From Candidatus Woesearchaeota archaeon (lineage in GTDB: Archaea > Nanobdellota > Nanobdellia > Pacearchaeales > GW2011-AR1), in the NCBI GenBank assembly GCA_964514585.1, contig CAZETU010000001.1, positions 225,309 through 289,308 of the forward strand: a stretch of 64,000 nucleotides of DNA, read 5' to 3'. Positions 38,070-49,226 of the stretch are shown in pieces. The stretch's first letter is position 1, and the number at the start of each line of letters is the position of its first letter. Made by a program: the position numbers and the translations under genes. The notes below the pieces were generated by a model. It was given only the letters and a program-made list of their open reading frames with translations. It ran no database searches and was not told where the DNA came from.

Positions 38070-40862
38070 AATGTGGCTTTTAGTAGACGCGAACTGAACA
38101 AATCGCGAAAGCTCAATGCTTACATTCCGTCTCTATCAACGCAGTCTTTTACTGCGGCCTATATTGATTCGTTTTGCGGACCGCTTCGTGCTTAGATGCT
38201 TTCAGCACTTATCGGTATAGTGTGTAGCTGCCCAGCCTGCTCATAACAACTGGTAGACCAGAGACACCGAACCCACGTTCCTCTCGTACTGGAGGGTCCT
38301 TCCACTCAATCAATAACACATCTAGTAGATATCATACAAACTGTCTCACGACGTTCTTAACCCAGCTAACGATCCCTTTTAATGCGTGAACTCCGACACC
38401 CTTGGATGCTTGTGCACATCCAGGATAGGAAGAGCCGACAGCGATGTACCAAACCGCCCCGTCAATGTGAACTATCGGGGGCGACAAGCCTGTTATCCTT
38501 GAGGTACCTTTTCTGACATTTACCTGACCCATTAAAAGTCATGGTAAGTTCGTTAAGCCCAACTTTCATTCCTGCATCTCTTGCTGTTGAAGATACAGTC
38601 AGATAAACTTTTGCCTTTACACTCTACTCCAGATTTCCGAACTGGATGAGTTTATCTTTGGGCCCCACAGATACATTTTCTGCGGGGTGCCGCCCCAGCC
38701 AAACTACCCGCCAATTGCTGTCCCAGTAAGGTTAGTGGTTCTATTAAAAATGGGTGGTGTTACACTTTTGCTCCACTTAAGCCGAAACTTAAGCTTCAAC
38801 GCTCCCACCTACTCTGAGCATTCATAATAAAATCACAACAACAGGTTGTAGTAAAGGTCTACAAGGTCTTCGCTTCCCACTAGACGACACCGGCCTTTTC
38901 ACCGGTAAATGATTTCGGAGGGTGCAAGTTAGGGACAGTGACAACATCGTTAAGCCGTTCATGCACGTCACCATTCAGATGACAAGGCATTACGCTACCT
39001 TAAGAGCCTCATAGTTAGGCCCGCCGTTTGATGGGCTTTCGACAGGTTGAAACCTGTGTTTAGACACCACCACTGGGCAGACTTCACCAAGCATACTTAT
39101 CCTTTCGGAGCTGCGCTTAGCTACGTTTTTGGTAAACAGTCGTGCCATCCTTGTTACTGAGATCTACTCCCCCATACAATGAATCATACAAAAGAATAGA
39201 CATCCCTTCTACCGAAGATACGGGACTATTTATGCCGAATTCCCTTAACTTGATTAACCCTACACGTCTTAGCCTTCTCAGCTAGGGTACCAGTGCCAGT
39301 TCTTGGTACTGCTCAACTCTTTCTATTTTCCAAACTTTTCACTGACTCTTGGACTCAGCGGATTCTACAGGGATTCTCAAACTTCTCTTCATTACAATCC
39401 ATAAAATTCTCCATGTATATGCCTCTCGGCACTCCACCTATCCGAAAGCGATTTGGAAACTTAACAAAAAAGTTAAGTACAGGAATATTAACCTGTTCTC
39501 CGTCGTCACATTCAGTTAAGGTGTGACTTAGGTGCAGACTAACCCTTGGCTAATTGTTAGTGCCAAGGAAACCGTACCCTTTCGACGTCTTTCGGTTCTC
39601 AGAAAGATCAGATCCTACTCACACCAGGATTCGCATTACTAGTCGCTCCACCCTCGCTTACGCGAAATCTTCTGCGCAACTAATACGCCTGCTTACCATA
39701 ACATCCAACTGGATGTATCCGAAGTATCGGTAATTTGCTTTAGCCCCGTCCATTTTCGAGGCCACTATTCTCAATGGGTGAGCTGTTACGCTTTCTTTAA
39801 ATGATGGCGGCTTCTAGACCTACATCCCCACTGTCTCAGAATAATGACTCCCTTCGTTACACTTAGCAAATATTTTGGGACCTTAACTTCGGGCTCCCTT
39901 GTTCGGGTTTCGTAACGGTATCTTACATACCGTCGCTGTTTCGGGAATTACGCAGTTTACAAGTTCTGAGTTAGAAAAGTTTCCGTAACAATTATGCTCT
40001 GCAAAACTTATCTGTACTTTACCTCATAAACGAACTGTACTCAACTATACCTAGGCATATTTCAGCAGGAACCAGCTATCGCCAGATTAGAATGGCTTTT
40101 CACCCCTATTCCCAAATCATCCGAGTACATGCACGTAACAACGGTTCGGACCTCCATTTCTCTTTCAAAAAACTTCATCCTGTTCAGGAATAGATCATCT
40201 GGCTTCAGGTCTTACCCGTGTGACTAACGCAATTTCGTACTCGCTTTCGCTTCGGCTTCATTTATTAACCTTGCCACACAAATAAACTCCCTGGCTCGTT
40301 CTTCAAAACGCACGCTACAACTCCGTAAAGCCGTAGCTATTTTGTAACTATTAGATTTCAAGTCTTTTAACTCTCTTGTGAGAGTACTTTTCAGCTTTCC
40401 CTCGCGGTACTCGTTCGCTATCGGACTTAAATTACTATTTAGGGTTAGGAGTTAATTCTCCCATATTCAGACGACTAATCCAAGTCGCCCTACTCTTTTA
40501 AGAACTGACATATACTCTTCATTTACGGGGCTGTCACCCTCTAAAGCGGTTCTTTCCAGAACACTTCAACTCAAGTACTTAGTCATTATATCTCACCACA
40601 TCTCTACCCTCGTTTCCAAGGGAGATTCAGCTTGCCCTGTTTCCTTTTCGCTCGCTGCTAATAAGGAAATCATTATTATTTTCTTTTCCTCCCGGTACTA
40701 AGATGTTTCAATTCCCGGGGTAGCTTTGCCGTTAGGCATTATTGTGTTTCACATTCGGAGATCTAGGGGTCAAAAGTCGCATGCACCTCACCCTAGCATA
40801 TCGCAGCTTGCCACGTCCTTCATCAAAATTTAAGCCAAGCTATCCATCTAATAGTTTCATAG
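38070..40862 (-). rRNA. rrl: 23S rRNA (ends approximate)
   Basis: Peptidyl-transferase and sarcin-ricin regions (reverse complement of ttcctctcgtact = AGTACGAGAGGAA); archaeal-type sequence. Confidence 0.97.
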
Positions 40863-41079
40863 AATCTATCCTTCTTCACTTTGATTTAATCAAATCATTT
40901 ACCTCCCTCCTAAGAGGGAAGTGTCTTTAGTGAATTTCTTATACTGTTCTCATCGAATATAAAACTTGTCGCCAAGTTATTCTCAAACTCCCCAAACCAA
41001 CAAAGTTGAATTCGGTTCATCGTTAATTTTTTTAAAAGCTTGTTCTGCTTTTTCTTCCCAAAAGAGGGTTGAATATGAA

Positions 41080-41150
41080 TGGACCTGCCGCGAATCGAAC
41101 GCGGGTATCTTCGGTGCAAGCGAAGTATTCTACCACTAGACTACAGGCCC
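41080..41150 (-). tRNA. tRNA-Ala (TGC) in the 16S-23S spacer
   Basis: GGGCCTG/CAGGTCC acceptor with G3:U70; CTTCG-CTTGCAC-CGAAG anticodon arm; CCGCG-TTCGATT-CGCGG T arm. Confidence 0.96.
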
Positions 41151-41211
41151 TTGTCTTTTGGGCATGTTGTCTTCGTGAATTGTCTTGGACAATCCTCTAG
41201 ACTACGGGCCC
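41151..41211 (-). pseudogene. Degenerate tRNA-Ala-like fragment immediately 5' of tRNA-Ala
   Basis: GGGCCCGTAGTCTAGAGG vs GGGCCTGTAGTCTAGTGG (16/18 identical); GTCT/AGAC and GGGC/GCCC can pair. Confidence 0.5.
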
Positions 41212-41400
41212 ATGTTTCAGTGCTCGTGTCAAACTTGCACTGACTACAAAATGATGAGACCGATGATCAATTCTAACACTTGCTTAATATAATTTAATTT
41301 TTTATTTTTGTCAGTTAAATTCGCAGTGTTAAAATTTCCGAAGTGTACATAAGTACTCGAGGAAAATTTAACCAAGAATTTAACGTCAACAATAAAAAAT

Positions 41401-42842
41401 AGGAGGTGATCCATCTGCAGGTTCCCCTACAGATACCTTGTGACGACTTAACCTACCTTGTCATGAAAAGGTTCTTCCCAAAAAGGGCTTCACCCCTACA
41501 TAACTCGGTTGGTTTGACGGGCGGTGTGTGCAAGAGACAGGGACTTATTCACCGGACAGTGCTAATATCCGATTACTACGAATTCCATCGTCATGAGGGT
41601 GGGTTGCAACCCTCAATCTGGACTGAGATATGCGTTAGGGGATTAGCTTCTCCTCTCGGAGTCGCATCCATTTGAACATACCATTGCCGCGCGCGTGTAG
41701 CCCAGGGGATTAGGGACGTACTCACCTAACGTAGCCCGCACCTTCCTCCTTGTTACCAAGGCAGTCTCGATAAGGTACCCATTTCTGTAGTAATTATCGA
41801 CACGGGTCTCGCCTGTTACCTGATTTAACAGGTCACTTCACAGCACAGGCTGACGTCGGCCATGCATCTCCGCTCAGCGTGTCAGGTAAGCCCTTTAGAC
41901 TGACCTTCATCCTGCTGTCGCTCCTGGTGAGGTTCACGGTGTAAAATCTAATTGAACCGCACGCGTCACTCGTTGTATGTCTCCCCGCCAATTCCTTTAA
42001 GTTTCGATCTTGCGACTATACTTCCCAGGTAGCTCACTCTTCGCCTTCGCTTCAGCACCGAATCCTCCCGAAGAGGGCCCGATGTTTAGTGAGCAGTGTT
42101 TACTGCCAGGACTACACGGGTATCTAATCCGTTTTGCGCCCCTGGCCTTCATCCCTCACTGTCAGATTCGTCCTCGTAAGGTGCCTTCGCTCATTGTTAG
42201 TCCACCGAAGATTAACATATTTTACCATTACCTCCGGCGTACTCCTTACGTCTACCGATCTCTAGCCGCTCAGTATCTCCTGCAAGCCCTACGCTTGAGA
42301 CGTAGGATTTCACAAGAGACTTAAACGGCAAGCTACGGATGTTTTAGACCCAATAAAAAGGGATGCAACTTGAACTGCTGGTATTACCGCGGCGGCTGGC
42401 ACCAGTCTTTCCCAGTCCTTATTCTCCTGGTTTTTTACACTAAGAAAAAGTTTTTCTAAACGAAAAACACTTTGGTTCGCTTTATCACACTTGCGTGCAT
42501 TGTAAAAGTTCCGCGACTGCTGCACTCCGTAGAGCTAGGAATAGTGTCTCAGATTCCTTCTCCGGGCAACTCCGCTAAGAGCCCGTAATGATCATTGCCT
42601 TGGTAGGCAGTTACCCCACCAACAAGCTAATCATACGCAGTCTCATCCTTAGGCTCGAATTTCAAGGTAAATACGTTCCAGTATTTTACCTCTATCAAGT
42701 GTTAGCCTCAGTTTCCCGAGGGTATCCTTGACCTAAGGTTAGATTAACTACGTGTTACTGAGCAGTTTGCCGACTATAAATCAGACTTGCATGTCTAAAC
42801 CCAAACCAAATAGCTGCATCCTCCAGCAGGATAAACTGGAAT
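41401..42842 (-). rRNA. rrs: 16S rRNA
   Basis: 5' ATTCCAGTTTATCCTGCTGGA; GTGCCAGCCGCCGCGGTAA; 3' GGATCACCTCCT with the anti-SD intact. Confidence 0.98.
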
Positions 42843-43094
42843 TAAACAAAATTGTTTATTTATGAAATAAATTCAAATCCTTTTTGCTTCCAAAAGATTA
42901 AAGGTAACCTCTTGGAATTTGCTACTAATATAAATCAATGTATAATAATATCTAAATAACATAACTACGACATCGCACTGATGTTCCTACCCGATTCAAC
43001 TTCACAGAATCGAATAATAATTATTTAGAAAGATCGCTCCATTGCTTTAAGACATTCTTGCAATTTCAATAATAAATTATTAAAATCACACAAC

Positions 43095-43108
43095 TAGAAT
43101 TGATCATC
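43095..43108 (-). other. 5' arm of the 16S pre-rRNA processing stem (pairs with 41261..41274)
   Basis: tagaattgatcatc is the exact reverse complement of gatgatcaattcta. Confidence 0.75.
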
Positions 43109-43251
43109 ATCACACTCGACAGAATCGTCGGGCGCTCATTCTAGCCTCAAAATTATCAATTGAAGCCTTGGATATTATCTCCAAAGTTATCATTTTGTAA
43201 TATTACGGACAAAAATCGATTTATAAATGTATCGATAAAATAAGAACAAGA

Positions 43252-45831
43252 TTACCGACGGTCAGAAAGAAAATATTTCCCAATTTTCCAACCCTCAAAA
43301 ACAACCAATCCAGAAAGACTAGCCAAAACAGAATACCCAAGCTGAGAACCACTCAAAGCCACAAATCCAAACACGCTTCCAAACACAGTATAAACAGCCA
43401 CCAAGTGCAATGCCCCCGAAACCAAGACAGAATAAATCAAATATTTGTTATTCAAAATCCCAACACGAAACAAACTCCTATTAGACTTGCATGAGAAGAC
43501 AAAAAACAACTCAAAGAAAATTGCCGTCGTAATCGCCATCGTTCTAGCTATCTCCAGCCCAAAATTATTCATACCAAAATTAAAAATCATCAATGAAGAC
43601 ACAACCATTAACACTCCAGCAACGACAATCCATTTCCAAACCCCAGTCAACAGCCCGTCCCCACGCGGCTTTCTCTTCATAGAATCCTCTTCAGCAGGCT
43701 CAACCGCCAACGCCAAGGCAGGCAAGCTATCCGTTACAAGATTCATCCACAAAATAGCCAACGGTAAAAACATTAGCGGCATTCCCATCATCAGTCCCGC
43801 CACAACAGCCAAAACTTCACCAACATTTGCAGCCAGCAAAAACTTAACCGACTTCTTCATGTTATCAAAAACTCTTCGGCCCTGTCTAACAGCCTTAACA
43901 ATCGAGGCAAAATTATCATCCAGCAAAACAATATCAGAAGAATCCCGAGCCACATCACTTCCACGAATCCCCATAGAAACTCCAATATCAGCTTTCTTCA
44001 GAGCCAAAATATCATTAACACCGTCGCCAGTAACAGCCACAGTTTCATTCTGCTTTTTCAAAACCTCAACAATCTTAAGCTTCTGTTGTGGGGTAACCCT
44101 AGCAAAAATAACCTTATCTCTAACAACTCTATCCCATTTATCATCACTCAGGCGATCTAGTTCCCGACCCTCAACAATATCACCCTCGAGCCCAATTTTT
44201 TTAGCAATAGCCCTTGTCGTAAAAGCAGAGTCTCCAGTTATAATCTTAATCTTAATGCCAGCCTCAATAGCTTCACGAATAGCGTCCTTAACCTCTTCTC
44301 TCGGCGGATCAATCATCCCATCGAACCCAGCAAATATCAAATGATTCTCAGCCGTCGCCTGGTCAACCTTCGTAACTTGCCTAAACGCCAACCCCAAAAC
44401 TCTAAGTCCCGACCCTTCCATCTCCAAAGATATTTTCTTCAACTCTTTCTTCCTCTTCGAATCAAGAATCTTAACCTTATTACCGACGAGCTCACGAGTA
44501 CATCTCTCCAAAATAAACAAAGGCGCTCCCTTAACATAGCTAGTTTTAATATTACCCTTGGCCCGAACAATAGACATCATCTTACGCTCGCTATCAAACG
44601 GGAATTCCTTAACTCTAGAATTAGCAGCAGTCAATTTCTTTTTATCGACGCCAAACTTCTTCGCAGCCTTAATTAAAGCAACCTCTGTCGGGTCCCCAAG
44701 AATACTATCTTTCTCATCCCTAGCATTATTACAAAGAACACCAACCTTCAAAGCCTGACCAAGAGCAGTATCAACTTTATCAACCTCGCTCAAAAGATAG
44801 GTCTTGTTAGAATAAATCTTATCAACATTCAAATCCTCCTCAGTCAAAGTCCCAGTCTTATCCGTACAAATAATAGTTGCCCTCCCCAAAGTCTCAGCCG
44901 CAGGAAGCCGGCGGACCAAAGTATTAACCTTGTTCATTTGCTTTATAGCAACAGCCAAAGTTATAGCAATAATAGCAGGAAGCCCCTCGGGAATAGCCCC
45001 AATCGCAAGACTAACAGAAACCAAAAACATTTCAACCTTATCAATCCCAGAATAAATCCCTAAAAGAAAAACAAAAAACACAAAAACCAAAATCGCAATC
45101 GAAATATTCCTAGAAAATTCATTAATTTTTTTCTCCAAAGGCATCTTCTCAGATTCCGTCGTTTGAACAAGGGCAGCCAACTTCCCAAACTCAGTATTAT
45201 TAGCAGTCGCAACAACCATAGCAGTAGTCTTTCCCTTGACAACAGTCGTCCCAGCATAAAGCATATTTTTCCTATCTGCCAAGACAACATCCTTCTCTAA
45301 AATTGATTCATTCTTATCAACAGGAAAACTCTCCCCGCTCAAAACAGCCTCATTAGTTTGCAAATTTTCCTGTTCCAAAATTCTACAATCCGCAAGCACT
45401 CTATCTCCAGAATCAAGCAAAACAATATCCCCAGGAACCAAAAACTTTGAATCAATCTCCGACTGAACACCATCCCTCAAAACAAGAACCTTATACCTAA
45501 GACTTTTTTTCAATTTCTCAATAATTTCCTCAGCCTTATATTCCTGAAAAAAACCAATCCCCCCATTCAAAAGAACAATCACACCAATCACCGCAGCATC
45601 GATAAAATGACCAATAATCGCAGAAACAATCGCAGCCAAAATCAAAATATAAATCAACAAAGAATTAAACTGACCTAAAAATAAAAAAACTTTACTTCTA
45701 GTTTTCTGCTTTCTAATAACATTTTTCCCATACTTAGCAAACCTTTTCTGAACCTCAGATTTAGTCAAACCATCTTTAGACCCCTCCAAATTTTTCAAGA
45801 CAGCCTCAGGCGATAACGTATGCCAATTCAT
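43252..45831 (-). CDS. P-type (P2A, Ca2+-type) cation-transporting ATPase
   Basis: LSGES, IPEGLP, DKTGTLT, TGDGVND and LWMNLVTDSLPALAL. Confidence 0.96.
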   Translation of the reverse strand: MNWHTLSPEAVLKNLEGSKDGLTKSEVQKRFAKYGKNVIRKQKTRSKVFLFLGQFNSLLIYILILAAIVSAIIGHFIDAAVIGVIVLLNGGIGFFQEYKAEEIIEKLKKSLRYKVLVLRDGVQSEIDSKFLVPGDIVLLDSGDRVLADCRILEQENLQTNEAVLSGESFPVDKNESILEKDVVLADRKNMLYAGTTVVKGKTTAMVVATANNTEFGKLAALVQTTESEKMPLEKKINEFSRNISIAILVFVFFVFLLGIYSGIDKVEMFLVSVSLAIGAIPEGLPAIIAITLAVAIKQMNKVNTLVRRLPAAETLGRATIICTDKTGTLTEEDLNVDKIYSNKTYLLSEVDKVDTALGQALKVGVLCNNARDEKDSILGDPTEVALIKAAKKFGVDKKKLTAANSRVKEFPFDSERKMMSIVRAKGNIKTSYVKGAPLFILERCTRELVGNKVKILDSKRKKELKKISLEMEGSGLRVLGLAFRQVTKVDQATAENHLIFAGFDGMIDPPREEVKDAIREAIEAGIKIKIITGDSAFTTRAIAKKIGLEGDIVEGRELDRLSDDKWDRVVRDKVIFARVTPQQKLKIVEVLKKQNETVAVTGDGVNDILALKKADIGVSMGIRGSDVARDSSDIVLLDDNFASIVKAVRQGRRVFDNMKKSVKFLLAANVGEVLAVVAGLMMGMPLMFLPLAILWMNLVTDSLPALALAVEPAEEDSMKRKPRGDGLLTGVWKWIVVAGVLMVVSSLMIFNFGMNNFGLEIARTMAITTAIFFELFFVFSCKSNRSLFRVGILNNKYLIYSVLVSGALHLVAVYTVFGSVFGFVALSGSQLGYSVLASLSGLVVFEGWKIGKYFLSDRR

Positions 45832-45979
45832 AAATTATTCAACGAATCCAGAATTATAAATCTACCTAAGATTTAAAAATCAGATATATAAGATATTGTA
45901 CAAGATTTACTCTTGGGAGATATTCCTAAAATTCATAGAATTTCTCCAACGATTTTTTCGTCAGAAAAAATGTTGATAT

Positions 45980-46879
45980 TTAAACTCCCTGCTCTACAGC
46001 CGCACCAACAGAAACACTTTCTTCAGTTTTCGCAGCCATCTCTTCCTTAACTTCATCATCAGCCCTTTCTAACAAAGTCTTCATCTTATCTTCAATCGCA
46101 CTCTCCCCACTCTTCAAATCTCTCTCTTTCTTCTCTCGAGCAAGTCTCTTCTTCTTTGGCTCTTCCAAAATAAGCTCCTCACCAACAAAGTCTTCTAGTG
46201 TTGGAAGCGGCTTATCTATCCCATGCGCCTTCATGTATTCCCTAGCCATCAACCAGAAAAACAGACCCATAGATTTATTCGACTTATTATTTCCAATCAT
46301 AACAACATCAATATCCGCAGTATGATTATTAGTATCACAAATCCCAACGACAGGAACTCTAACATTCTTAGCATCAGCCAAAGCGTTCTTGTCTAACCAA
46401 GGATCAGAAATCAAAATCATCTTAGTCTCAATAAAATTATCAAGCATTGTGTTAGTCAAAACACCACTAGGATATTTCTTCGTAAAAACCCTAACACCAG
46501 TCAACTCAGCAAACATCTTAGCAGCTCTCCACCCAGCTTCTCTCTTACAGACAAGTGTCCACTCATCAGGCTTATACTGCTTAATAAAATCAATACCCTC
46601 AGCCAATTTCTTATCAACAAGCAACGTATTCAAAATCGCAAGCCCATCAAGTCTCCTCCGATAAACATACTTCCTCATAGAAGGCGTAATAACCTTTGTC
46701 CCCAAATACGAGGCAGTCTTAATATAATCTTCAAGAGGAGTTAAAATCGTCTGATCTTCTTTTTTTTCGCCATCACTTACGCTTGGCGTTATTTCTTTTT
46801 TATCAGGTTTCACTTCCTCTTTTAAAGTATCATCTACAACAGCATCTTCCTTAACAGTTTCTGTTTTTTTAGCTACCAT
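45980..46879 (-). CDS. rps2: 30S ribosomal protein uS2
   Basis: YVYRRRLDGLAIL, ALADAKNVRVPVVGICDTN and GNNKSNKS. Confidence 0.95.
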   Translation of the reverse strand: MVAKKTETVKEDAVVDDTLKEEVKPDKKEITPSVSDGEKKEDQTILTPLEDYIKTASYLGTKVITPSMRKYVYRRRLDGLAILNTLLVDKKLAEGIDFIKQYKPDEWTLVCKREAGWRAAKMFAELTGVRVFTKKYPSGVLTNTMLDNFIETKMILISDPWLDKNALADAKNVRVPVVGICDTNNHTADIDVVMIGNNKSNKSMGLFFWLMAREYMKAHGIDKPLPTLEDFVGEELILEEPKKKRLAREKKERDLKSGESAIEDKMKTLLERADDEVKEEMAAKTEESVSVGAAVEQGV

Positions 46880-47030
46880 TTGTATATAATTCCGCTCAGG
46901 AGTTTACGCTACTACTTGTTATCCAAGCCCCGCACCTGATACGTATAACTGAAGAGAATTTTGACTATTTAAAGTTTAGGGTCAAAAAAAAGTATATACT
47001 CGAGTATACAAATTAATTCTGAACTCATCG

Positions 47031-47447
47031 CTATCTATCATCTGGGAGAACATTGGAATCGTCACCTGGCTGCAAAATCGTAGCAAACTTACCCTTACAT
47101 TTTTTACTCTTACAATCACATAGAATCAATGTCCCATCTTTCTCAGTCTCATCATAATCAACAGTAATTTCCTTATTCTCTTTAATATTCCTTGCAGCAA
47201 TCAACTTAGGAATATCTCCAGAAATATCCAAAATAGTATTTGGGTCACAAGAATGATTAACATAATTCAAAACAAATTTATCAGAAACCCATGTATTATT
47301 ACCAATATAAACACATCCCCCTTTAGCATAATGCAATATGTCATCATTAGGAACCTCGTAAAACACATCCCCCTTCAATATTACCTTAGATGTAAAAACA
47401 CCAAGCCCATGAATCTTACTCGGCTTTCTTACTAGAAAATCCACCAT
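47031..47447 (-). CDS. SET-domain protein lysine methyltransferase with post-SET Zn motif
   Basis: GLGVFT, NYVNHSCDPN, EITVDY and CDCKSKKC. Confidence 0.92.
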   Translation of the reverse strand: MVDFLVRKPSKIHGLGVFTSKVILKGDVFYEVPNDDILHYAKGGCVYIGNNTWVSDKFVLNYVNHSCDPNTILDISGDIPKLIAARNIKENKEITVDYDETEKDGTLILCDCKSKKCKGKFATILQPGDDSNVLPDDR

Positions 47448-47493
47448 ATTCACACAAATAATTAACCATATATAAGATTATCTAAAAACTATT

Positions 47494-47757
47494 TCAACCC
47501 CCATATTTCTCTAACCAAATTCTCTTGAAAAATGAAAGAGTTATAGTAGACAACAAAAAAGCAACAGCCGGCACAATCGAATTAACAAAAGGTTTAGGTA
47601 AGTCCGCAAAATAAAAAAACAAAACAATAACAAAATAAGTCAAAACAGCAACGAGAATTCTCCTAGTAAAACTTGTTTCCCAAGCCTTATCGCCCTCAAC
47701 TTTTTTATTCCTAGACTTAATACTTCTAATTTCTTTTTCCAAATCTTCTAATTTCAT
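47494..47757 (-). CDS. Small membrane protein
   Basis: RNKKVEGDKAWETS followed by two transmembrane helices. Confidence 0.65.
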   Translation of the reverse strand: MKLEDLEKEIRSIKSRNKKVEGDKAWETSFTRRILVAVLTYFVIVLFFYFADLPKPFVNSIVPAVAFLLSTITLSFFKRIWLEKYGG

Positions 47758-48965
47758 TTCAGCTTCCGTTCAATATCAACAACCCGCTTCAACTTTATCA
47801 AACGCTCCCGACCATAAATTCCAGCTTTCAAAAATTGACCACCAAAACCAACACAATAATCAGCCAAAACATCATCCATAGTCTCTCCACTACGATGCGA
47901 AAAAATCATCGTAATATCATGCTTCTTACAAAACCGGACAACCTGCTTAACTTCCAAAATCGACCCAATCTGATTCGGCTTAATAATCATCGCATTCATC
48001 GCTTTCCCCTGAACAGCCCGCCTAACCAATTTCATATTCGTCGTCGTTAAATCATCACCAACAACAAGGCTTTTCGTAGAATTCTTTTCAACAGCACTCA
48101 AAACTCCCTTAAACCCAGAAAAATCTTGCTCATACATCGGATCTTCAACATAAAAAATCCCAAACTTTCTCACTAGTCTCTCAATATAATCAGCCTGATC
48201 AACCTTATCCCGAATTAGCTCCTTATTCTTATATTTGTAATAACCACCCCTCTCATAAAATCCAGAAGCAGCAATATCAAGACCAATTCTCAAATAATAC
48301 TTATCTGCCACCTCCCTTAAAATTGCCAAAACTTCCTCATTAGTCTTCTTGGTTATCCACGCATTCTCATCATTCCGCTTCCTGGTCTTCAATAATTTCT
48401 GAGCATGTTGATAAGCTCTCAAGTTAACAGTTATCGCCCTAGAAAAAGTATTCTCTTTTGGAATCAACAAAAACTCCTGAAAATCAGGTCTCTTTCCTTC
48501 GACCGCTCTCGAATGCAAACCACCACCAATACAATTCCCAACAGGCATCGGCATCTTCGGCTTCTTTCCCTTATTCACATCATCATTAATCAATTCCCAA
48601 AGTTCCTTGTTATTATCTTTAGCCGCAGCCTTCAAAAAAACACCCTCAAGCACATAAATCACATTCCCACCAAGCTTTCCAAATCGCGCCTCAAACCTTT
48701 TCACTAATTCAACAACCTGCTTCAAGTCATCAACCTTCTTTATAATAAAATTCTGATTCTTTAATTTCTTACAAAAAACCCGCAACATCTTCATGCTCCG
48801 ATCAATCCCATTAGAATTATATGAAGGAACCTCTGACTTCCCCTTAGACTTCCCCGAGGGTGCCGAGCAAACAAACCTCCCCTCATAAGTCTTCAATTCA
48901 ATCTGAACAGTCCTCTCCCCTCTTGAATTCTTAATCAAACTCGGCTTCATCTCTCTAATAAACAT
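47754..48965 (-). CDS. eno: Enolase (divergent)
   Basis: QEF, DIAAS, VEDP, VGDDL, KPNQIGS and SHRSGET. Confidence 0.93.
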   Translation of the reverse strand: MFIREMKPSLIKNSRGERTVQIELKTYEGRFVCSAPSGKSKGKSEVPSYNSNGIDRSMKMLRVFCKKLKNQNFIIKKVDDLKQVVELVKRFEARFGKLGGNVIYVLEGVFLKAAAKDNNKELWELINDDVNKGKKPKMPMPVGNCIGGGLHSRAVEGKRPDFQEFLLIPKENTFSRAITVNLRAYQHAQKLLKTRKRNDENAWITKKTNEEVLAILREVADKYYLRIGLDIAASGFYERGGYYKYKNKELIRDKVDQADYIERLVRKFGIFYVEDPMYEQDFSGFKGVLSAVEKNSTKSLVVGDDLTTTNMKLVRRAVQGKAMNAMIIKPNQIGSILEVKQVVRFCKKHDITMIFSHRSGETMDDVLADYCVGFGGQFLKAGIYGRERLIKLKRVVDIERKLK

Positions 48966-49226
48966 AACAATAAAAATAGAAATTACTTAATAAATCTTAC
49001 TCAAGCCGTTCTCCATAAATCTTACAATAAAGATCTTCCACTTTTCTACAAGACATCTCTCATCTCTTCCTGTTAGCTCGCTTGTCTGATTCATCTCCCA
49101 AAGGAACAGGCTCAGAAAATATTTTATCTATACCAGGATTCTCAGAACAACGAGGCCGAAGCCGAAGCCGAGCTCCCAATCTCACAAACATTACTGGACA
49201 AAAAACCAAAACCACATTAATAAAAC

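Noticed and set aside
38332-42525. ORFs within the rRNA operon (38332, 39293, 40742, 40910, 41406, 42010, 42310)
   Set aside because: They fall inside the 23S, the 16S or the spacer, so they are not coding.
38070-42842. rRNA introns or homing endonucleases
   Set aside because: Gene lengths (~1.44 kb and ~2.8 kb) leave no room, and no LAGLIDADG-like ORF is seen.
23981-44344. Long antisense ORFs 23981..24568, 28143..29309 and 43445..44344
   Set aside because: They lie exactly opposite rbcL, cysS and the P-type ATPase and have no motifs; they are shadow frames.
47035-47095. tRNA-like fragment at the 3' end of the SET gene
   Set aside because: Only a vague CGATTCC resemblance; no cloverleaf forms.
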